Below, piece after piece: positions 23,336-30,961 of a stretch of 32,000 bases of DNA. The stretch lies in assembly GCF_000009705.1 (NCBI RefSeq), contig NC_003272.1, positions 2,520,001 through 2,552,000 on the forward strand, written 5' to 3'. The first letter of the stretch is position 1. Each line of letters begins with the position of its first letter. The notes beneath the pieces are model-generated. The model was given only the letters and a program-made list of their open reading frames with translations, ran no database searches and was not told where the DNA came from. The translations under genes were made by a program, and so were the position numbers. Origin of the DNA: Nostoc sp. PCC 7120 = FACHB-418 (GTDB lineage Bacteria; Cyanobacteriota; Cyanobacteriia; Cyanobacteriales; Nostocaceae).

Positions 23336-26300
23336 TTAACTAGGACAGAGTTTCTGTTCGTTAGGCGTAACATTGGGATTGGTGTTGAGATAATCCTGTA
23401 GCCAGTTGCAAGCAGACATGACTAGAGTATTCATCTGGGAAGTTTTGGCTTGCTGGCTATCAAAACGCCAAATTTTGGTGGTAGTGTCTAAACTGCCGGA
23501 GATGAGAGTTTTACCATCTGGGCTGAAAATTGCACTCATGACTCCGGCTTGATGCTGGGGTAGGGTGGTTAACAGGTGACCATCAATTTGCCAAATTTTT
23601 ACTGTTTTATCTTCGCTGGCTGATGCAATGTAACGACCATCAGGAGAGAAGCTACTACTATAAACTACATTACTATGGCCTGAGAAAGTATGCAGTAGAT
23701 GACCGTCATGACTCCTCCAGAGTTTGACGGTTTTGTCGGCGCTAGTTGAGGCAAGCATACTACCATCAGGATTGAAGTTGACGCTGTATACTAAGTCATT
23801 ATGGGCTGGCAAACTTTTAATTAAGTTGCCGCTAAAACTGTCCCAGAGTCGGATAGTTTTGTCAGCACTAGCAGAGGCGATAATTTTACCATCGGGGCTA
23901 AAACTGACCCAAAATACTTCGTCTGTATGACCCTTGAGGGTTTTTTTAAATTTACCATCGCTCACATTCCAAAGTTTAACTGTGTTGTCCCGACTGGCGG
24001 AAGCGAGGGTTTTACCATCAGGGCTAAAATTTACTTTGTTGACTTCGTTGTCATGTCCTATGAGTGTTTTTAAAGCTTTACCATCCCTAACACGCCAAAT
24101 TTTCACAGTTTTATCGGCGTTGGCGCTAGCTATTAAATCACCTTGGGGTGTAAAACTAATACCATAAATTGCTTTGTTCCCTGGTAGGGTTTTTAGTAAA
24201 CTACCATCTTGACTGTGCCAAAGTTGAATATTGCCATCTGCACCGGCTGTAGCAATGATACTACCGTCATGCAGGAAACTGACCGCATAAACACCGCTAT
24301 TGCCGGCGAGAACTTCTAAGGGAGATATCAAGGGACGCTGCCAAAGTCTGATGGTGTTGTCTAAACTAGCGGAAGCGATGATGTTACTATCAGGAAGAAA
24401 ATTCACAGCATAAACACCACCGCTATGGCCTGTAAAGGTTTCTAGTTCGATGCCGTGACGGTTCCACAGTTTGATAGTGTTATCTCTACTAGCAGAGGCG
24501 ATCGCTTTACCATCTGAGCTAAAATTAACATCCCAAACTGAATCATTGTGACCTTTTAGGGTTTTGACCAATTTACCATCAGCGATGCGCCAAAGTTTGA
24601 TGGTTTTGTCCGCACTAGCGGAAGCGAGAGTTTTACCATCAGGGCTAAAACTGAGGCTATTTACCCAATCTTGATGTCCATTGAGGGTTTTTAATAATTT
24701 CCCATCCTGGCGATGCCACAGTTTAACGGTTTTATCTTCGCTACCGGCAGCAATAGTTTGACCATCAGGACTGAAACGCACGGTGATAACTCCAGCACTA
24801 TGACCAGTGAGGGTCATTAAGAGTTGACCAGATGTAGTATCCCACAACTTGATGCTGTGATCACTACTGGCAGAGGCGAGATTTTTACCATCTGGACTAA
24901 AATAGACATTATTGACTGTTTGCTCATGACCTGTGATGGTTTTGAGTAGGGTTCCATCACTGGTTTGCCAAAGTTTAATGGTTTTGTCACTCCCCCCGGA
25001 AGCAATGGTTTGACCGTCGGGAGAGAAACTGACACTATAAACAGCATCTTCATGTCCGTTGAGAGTTCTGAATAACCGACCGTCTCGACTCCAAAGTTTA
25101 ATAGTTTTATCTAAGCTACCAGAGGCGATAGTTTGACCATCCCGACTGATACTAATACTAATCACGCCGTCCTTATGTCCTTCTAGCCTGTTACGTTCCT
25201 GCATCTCAAACAAGGCTTGTTGTAAGGTAGTGACAGTTGCTAATTTGAGATTATTGGGAACTGCTATCACATGATTAACCTGTTGTGCAGCTTTGAGACT
25301 GGCAATAAGTGCTGCTAATTGTTGATGAGATAACAAATTTGCCTGGGATGAAGAATTTAACGCCGCAATTTCCCTAAATTGGGCTTCCCTACCTTGCCAA
25401 TAAGCTAAACCCCCAAAACTCACAGATGCAATACCTAAAACACTCAAGGCGACTACAGCCCTTTGTGCTTGTTTGAGGCGATTTTTTGCTTGTAATTGTT
25501 GATGCTTGCGTTCTGCTAAACAAGCGCCTATAAATTCTTGCACATCCGCCCCTAGTTCATCAGTCCAGTAAATATAAATGTCTTCGGCTTCCGCTAACCT
25601 AGCACCTTGTAACAAAAAGTCTGCTTGTTTGCCGCTTTGTTGCCACAACTGACAAGCATGATTAATTTGCCTTTGTTTACGCAAGCGATCGCGGTTTTCT
25701 TCTAACCACCAGCGCAAAGTTGACCAATGACGTATTAAAATTTCGTGGGCGACCTCTACTGTCACGAAGGGAGTGGAGAGATTAGGGGGAGTGGGAGAGA
25801 AACTTTTACCTTGTGCTTCTATCTCTGCTTCTAGGTTAATTACTACTAATTTGGCGTTAGTCAAAACATTGAGAGTTTGTTCTACTAACCCAGCCGGATA
25901 TTTTTTAACTATTAAATCTGACTTATATATGCGTCTTCTGGTATCTTCTGTACCTTCCCCTAACTGAGTTAATGAAAGAAAAATCCACTTCGCACATTCT
26001 TGTAGTTGTGGTGGTAAACTTTCATAAACCCCTTGACACGATCGCTCTAATGCTCCTTTAATTCCCCCTAGTTGTTCTTGATAGCTTTGTAGAGTTAATT
26101 TACCAGCCGTTCGTTGTTGCCATAACTGTTCTAAAACAAATTCCAGTAAAGGTAAATCCCCCACGGATTGATTTAACTCCCGTAACAGCACTTCCACCAG
26201 TTCCGCTTCCACCTGCAACCCTACCTGCTGTGCTGGGTGGAGAATCACCCGCCGATAATCATCCAAACTCAGTTTTGGGGGAACTAACACACTAGCTACC

Positions 26301-28387
26301 TGTAACGCCTCAGCTAAAGCTGGTACTTCCAAACAAGGAGCGATAAAATCAGCCCTTAAAGTAATAATTAATTTAAAGCGATCGCCTGCATACTGTACAG
26401 CCCCCAATAATAATTCTAGAAATAACTCCCTATCTGGTGTTGGCGCAAGGGTAAATAATTCCTCAAACTGGTCTATTACCAACACCGTCACCCCCTGGGG
26501 AAGGCTACGCAGCCAGTAAACAAAACCCTCCACTCCTTGATGTAACATTCCCTCAATCAAAAGATGGGTTTCTCCCCATTCCCCCAACTTCCTGGCTAAA
26601 GCCTCCAAAGGATTGACACCAGGACGAATAGTTTTTATCCCCCACTGTTCACTATTGGGGATGTGTTTCCCTTGTCGCAGTTGGGGAATAAGTCCAGCTT
26701 GCACTACGGAAGATTTACCACTACCAGAAGCGCCGATAACAGCGAGAAATGAATTATCCCGCAGATGATGAATTAACTGCTGGGTGACGGTTTCTCTCCC
26801 GTAAAAATAGGCTGCGTCTGCTTCCGCAAAAGCATTTAAACCCATGTAAGGACACACCCCTAAATCCAAACCGCTTGTCCGTTGGCTTTTGTGTGTGTTG
26901 TTAGTCAAAATTTCGATAATTCCCTGGGTTCCTGATAGCCAGACGTAGAGAGGGGTTTTACTATCCGCTAAAGATAATTGTAATTGAGCGATCGCTCCAG
27001 CCGCAGACAAACCATCTCCTTGAGCAGATGCAGTCAAGGTATCAAGGAATTTCTGGGCAAAATTTTCTGGTGCTTCTGGAGGTGAGGCGCAAGCAATTAA
27101 ACATTGTCCGTGATGAGATTCAATTTGTAAGTCTTCTATCCAATCCCCTAACGAAGCAGTCCCTAGCGGACAATCCAAGATAATTACCTGTTGGCTAGTG
27201 CATTGGCGTAACTGTTGTTTTAACCAGGAACGTTTGATGCAGATATCCTCTCCCAGTCGTAGCCATTCCCCAGCTTCGCTTTCCTCAATGCGTCCCCGCA
27301 GATATAACAAAGTTAATTCTGCTTGGGGTTGTTGCCAATGACGAGCGATCGCTGCTTTAATATCCTCAGATGATGTTTTAGTAGCTGGCAAATACTCAAC
27401 CGCAAAATCTCCCGTACTACCAAGAAGTTTACTAATATCTAAAGTAATTTTACTATTTGATAACCCCTCCACTACTATCCCCAAGCCACGATACACCCCT
27501 GGGGCGTTTTTCTCTAATCTTTTCCCTAAAATTAATTCCCCCACTCCCTCCACAATTCTTTTAGGAGTTTGCAAGGGATATTCATTATAAAGTTGCGTGT
27601 CACCCTTCCCCCGTTTCTGCTGATTAATTAGCCGTAATTGTTGATTAGTTTTATCGATATATTGCAGGGTTTGGTGATATACATAACGATATAAGCCATC
27701 CAAATAAATCAAGCCTTGACTATCTACCGCCTCGCCTTGCAAACCCCGTATCAAATAATATGTAAATACCCCATGTCCCAATTCGGGAAATTCCCAGGAT
27801 TGTTGGTTATTGTCACAAGAAAGTAAAGCATAAAAACCTTTACTCTTAGCCGCGCTTTGTTGTAGTAGCTCAACTAATTGCAGTGTTACTCCCCTAAGAG
27901 ACATTCCCCCACTATGACAAGCATCTAACCACACTAGCTGATTCTGTACCCCACTCTTACCCAAAATTTGCAATATTTCTTGTAAAGCTAAACCTGTATT
28001 TTGCAAATTTGATTTTTGCGTATCTACCAAACATAAAAATACTTCTTGTGTCGTGGGATCTACTACCCCGTGACCAGAAAAATAAAATAAAATCGTATCA
28101 ATGGGGGATACATGAGACGTGATATCTCGTAGGCTATGACGGACGTTAGTTAAAGATGGTGGTTGTGGTGCAAAGTCGTGATACACGTTGACAATCTTTT
28201 GGGTAAATTGAGTAGCTGCTTCAGTTAACGCCTCAGATAAACCCTGACAATCTATGGCTGAGTAATTCAGGTTGGGTAGGTATTCGTCCTGATATTGATT
28301 TACTCCCACCATCACTAACCACAACTTGGGGACGTTGGTTTGTTTGGTATGAGTTGTACGGCTGGTGGAAAGACCAATTGGTGGCAT
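23336..28387 (-). CDS. Caspase-like (peptidase C14, orthocaspase) protease fused to a STAND P-loop NTPase and 14 WD40 repeats
   Basis: His-Cys dyad: FYFSGHG (His codon 28070-28072) and WLDACHSGG (Cys codon 27917-27919). Lead-in motif [21 protein letters not shown]. Walker [10 protein letters not shown] (Lys codon 26714-26716). Walker [12 protein letters not shown] counted 14 units of the x-GH-x...SFSPDG...AS(A/G)S.DKT(I/V)KLW type. Confidence 0.9.
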
Positions 28388-28440
28388 TTTTTACACAAAA
28401 GTAGCTTGGATAATGGGTAATTATAGAACTTACGCACTCA

Positions 28441-28489
28441 AGTTGACAGTTGACAGTTGACAGTTAACGGTTAACCGTCAACTGTTTAC
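28441..28489. repeat. Heptamer array AGTTGAC x3 degenerating into AGTTAAC / GGTTAAC / CGTCAAC / TGTTTAC; contains the 12-nt palindrome ACGGTTAACCGT
   Basis: Read directly with 7-nt periodicity over seven units. Confidence 0.85.
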
Positions 28490-28602
28490 TCTTGGTGTTA
28501 TGCAAAGATTGTTCCTAAAAGCAATGTGATCGTCATTCAATTAATCAATATTCAACATTTATAAATAGAAATCAATCATCCTAAAATCTATTTCTTATGG
28601 CT

Positions 28603-28618
28603 TATTCCTTAAGGAATA
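28603..28618. promoter_or_regulatory. Perfect 16-bp palindrome TATTCCTTAAGGAATA
   Basis: Verified base by base. It sits in the 0.58-kb divergent intergenic region between the caspase-STAND gene and the PEP-CTERM-like gene. It is a candidate dimeric regulator site. Confidence 0.3.
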
Positions 28619-28867
28619 GACTTTAGATATAGTCAAGAATAGCAAGTAAACCCGCTAATTTATTCTCTGCTGAAAGTGATATAAAAATGTCAAAACGTAA
28701 CGTTATGTAGCGCGTTGTTTTTTTTTGAAAAAAATAACTTATATTACTAGATAGTCAAGCAATTATCATAGTTAAGACTCTTCATCAAAGAAGGGAACAA
28801 AAGACCCCTGCAACTAAGCATTAACAGTTTCAGGTGCGCTCTAAATACCCTTTTTTCTTATTTGCTG

Positions 28868-28902
28868 CTGTTCCCTGTTGACTATTGCCTGTTCCCTGTT
28901 CC
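28868..28902. repeat. Heptamer array CTGTTCC-type, 5 imperfect copies
   Basis: CTGTTCC at 28868, 28889 and 28896, with degenerate units between. Confidence 0.7.
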
Positions 28903-28970
28903 CTCTTTATATAGTCGTTGATTTAATGTAATTGCTTGGTATTAACAACTGCATTAAAGACTTTTTGATC

Positions 28971-29705
28971 ATGTTTACAACTAATAAATTGACCAGAACT
29001 TTTGCTTGTGCATCGGTAACACTTGGTGTTGCGATTGGTGCAAGTATGTCTGCTTCTCCCGTTCAGGCTGGAACTCTTAACTGGAATGACGGAACTAGCA
29101 ACTTTTTTGAACAGGTAAGTCCTGTTCTTGGGGATACTTTTTCCGTCACTTTCTCTCCTGCATCACTTGGAGGATTTGCGTCGATTTTTCAAGCCAATGG
29201 TGAGTTTGCATCAGCTTTCTCCTCAATTCCGCCAAACCCTCCTGTGTTTCGCTCAATCCTGCCACCAGACTCTGCGGTGGGAAACTTTTTGTATGCGGGT
29301 ACTAGTGGCGCTAAGTTCATATACGAACTCACTAATGATTTAGTGTTTCAGTTCGATGCGGACAATAATGGTGCTTTTGATCCGCTTCAAGATGTGAGCG
29401 TGAAATATGCAAAAGACTCTAAATTTCTCGGTACTTTTGCTGGTGGAGGTGTGGCATTTGAGTTAGATTGGAAGGCTCCGGCTTCAGTGATTAGCATTCA
29501 GGGAGTCAATTACAATCCAAGTCGACTTCAATTAGGCTTTCAGGATCTTCCAGGAGGACAAGGAGGGGGATATAGCGGTGTAGCCCAAGTCTCTACTCCC
29601 GAATCTGGTTCTATTCTGGGGTTTATCGCCCTTGCTGGTTTAGGACTTGTATCTAAGGTCAGAAAAGAGAAAACACAGTCACTGGCGTGTGCAAGACACC
29701 AGTAA
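28971..29705 (+). CDS. Secreted protein with a PEP-CTERM-like sorting tail (P-E-S variant)
   Basis: Signal peptide MFTTNKLTRTFACASVTLGVAIGASMSASPVQA. The C-terminus is TPESGSILGFIALAGLGLVSKVRKEK: a PEx motif, a hydrophobic helix and a basic cluster. I prefer the ATG at 28971 over the TTG at 28932. Confidence 0.7.
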   Translation: MFTTNKLTRTFACASVTLGVAIGASMSASPVQAGTLNWNDGTSNFFEQVSPVLGDTFSVTFSPASLGGFASIFQANGEFASAFSSIPPNPPVFRSILPPDSAVGNFLYAGTSGAKFIYELTNDLVFQFDADNNGAFDPLQDVSVKYAKDSKFLGTFAGGGVAFELDWKAPASVISIQGVNYNPSRLQLGFQDLPGGQGGGYSGVAQVSTPESGSILGFIALAGLGLVSKVRKEKTQSLACARHQ

Positions 29706-29738
29706 CTGTTTCGTTAACTAAGTGTGACTAAAAGTTAG

Positions 29739-29761
29739 AGCTAGCAAGCATCTAGCTTTTA
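29739..29761 (+). terminator. Candidate intrinsic terminator AGCTAG-CAAGCAT-CTAGCT followed by TTTTA
   Basis: 6-bp stem, 7-nt loop and a T-run, starting 34 nt after the PEP-CTERM-like stop. Confidence 0.4.
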
Positions 29762-29872
29762 GCCAACTATATACCTAAGTCATGATAACACTTTCAAGAG
29801 TTGGCAAGGACATAATTATGTACCCCTATCTCTTGATATTTTTCCATAATTTTTGTAAAGCAGATATGGCTA

Positions 29873-29898
29873 TAGGGACGTACAAAAGTACGTCCCTA
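29873..29898. repeat. Perfect hairpin TAGGGACGTAC-AAAA-GTACGTCCCTA
   Basis: 11-bp stem verified. It lies between convergent genes with no U-tract on either side. Confidence 0.6.
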
Positions 29899-29940
29899 CT
29901 AAGATGATCTGTCCTTGCTTTAATTTGCACATATTTTTGT

Positions 29941-29967
29941 GTTGACAGTTGACTGTTAACTGTCAAC
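29941..29967. repeat. GTTGACN heptamers x4 forming a 10-bp inverted repeat (GTTGACAGTT / AACTGTCAAC) that overlaps the stop codon of the 332-aa gene
   Basis: Read directly. It belongs to the same heptamer family as 28441-28489. Confidence 0.75.
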
Positions 29968-30961
29968 TTCTCATTAAAATAAGTTTGTGTGGCAAATCAT
30001 TCCAAGACAGTGAATCTTGGACAATTTCCTGACGAAAATCTAACCAACCTTGCTCATTGCATAAAGCCAACAAATCATGAATTATTGTGTACCAAAGCAG
30101 AGGTGTATCAGCACGTCCCTGAGCAAGAAACTGAGCAGCTTGTGTGAGAAAAGTAGTGATATCTTGCTCCACAAACGCGTGTTTGATGGAAAACCAAGCA
30201 TAGGAACGTGAGTAGCGAGATTTGTCAGAGTGAACTGGTAACTGTAAATAATCTGCCGCAATTGTTAACAAATTAGCTGCTTGATTGCGGTCTTTATCTG
30301 CCAAAATTAGGGCAACTTCACTGGTAATTTGGGCAAACATAGCAGAGACAAACTCAGGCGGCTGGCGTGCTATGCGTTCAAAACCCCAAGGATGGGGAGT
30401 AGGTAAAGTCTGCAATTGTCCATCAAGATAGGCAAGAAGTTGAGCAGCAAGTGCGATCGCTCCTGTAAAATTTAATTGTCGTGCTTCTGTCCGCACCAAA
30501 TTATGTAACAGTTGGATACGCTGCATCAGGAGAATATCATAACCATATTCTTCCTCTAAAACCGCACTTAATCTTAAAGCCTCTTCAGTGCGACTGTAAA
30601 CTTGGTCAAAATCCTGATGACAATAATCGAGATAGGCTGCTGATTGCTCTAAAAATGACTGATGTAATAGCTTGGACTCCCGCGACAGTGTAGCCATTTG
30701 CAAAGGCTTACGCGCTTCCTCAAATAACTGCGCGGCTGTTGTTAGTTGGCGGTGGCGAGCCGCTACCATCCCTTGACTACGAGCATTACTATAGCGACGC
30801 AGTAATAATTGTTCTTGTAATGGTAAACGTTTCGCCATCAAAGCTTCTAGTTTTTCGCTAAATAAATCACCACTACCTGTGGGTAAATCCATAGTTGCAG
30901 TACACCCCTGGCGATAACTTTCTGTGATTTGTGTTAGGAGTTGACTGGAAGTATCAAGCAT
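29963..30961 (-). CDS. Hypothetical all-helical 332-aa protein, translationally coupled to the radical SAM/SPASM gene
   Basis: Its ATG (30959-30961) overlaps the upstream TGA (30954-30956), reading ATGCTTGA. It is Leu/Gln/Ala-rich and I found no recognisable catalytic motif. Confidence 0.7.
   Translation of the reverse strand: MLDTSSQLLTQITESYRQGCTATMDLPTGSGDLFSEKLEALMAKRLPLQEQLLLRRYSNARSQGMVAARHRQLTTAAQLFEEARKPLQMATLSRESKLLHQSFLEQSAAYLDYCHQDFDQVYSRTEEALRLSAVLEEEYGYDILLMQRIQLLHNLVRTEARQLNFTGAIALAAQLLAYLDGQLQTLPTPHPWGFERIARQPPEFVSAMFAQITSEVALILADKDRNQAANLLTIAADYLQLPVHSDKSRYSRSYAWFSIKHAFVEQDITTFLTQAAQFLAQGRADTPLLWYTIIHDLLALCNEQGWLDFRQEIVQDSLSWNDLPHKLILMRS

Noticed and set aside
28441-28489. 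Heptamer arrays (also 1330-1359, 17796-17827, 28868-28902) as CRISPR
   Set aside because: The units are 7 nt with no spacers and no cas genes. These are STRR-type microsatellites.
29782-29907. 41-codon plus-strand ORF (MITLSRVGKDIIMYPYLL...) as a possible RiPP precursor for the rSAM/SPASM enzyme
   Set aside because: It is on the opposite strand to the maturase, spans a perfect structural hairpin, and has no leader/core features. A real precursor is more likely upstream of the maturase, beyond 32000.
269-30693. Short antisense or alternate-frame track ORFs inside larger genes (for example 269-544, 357-602, 451-759, 1611-1997, 3093-3350, 3512-3853, 4353-4571, 4917-5138, 9440-9733, 9812-9997, 10151-10585, 11415-11672, 11718-12019, 13777-13980, 14160-14393, 15067-15291, 15664-15852, 17231-17422, 18755-19117, 19625-19939, 21284-21466, 23724-24167, 24817-25053, 25773-25967, 29128-29343, 30481-30693)
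   Set aside because: Each lies fully within a longer ORF that has clear family motifs. Their compositions are those of shadow frames.
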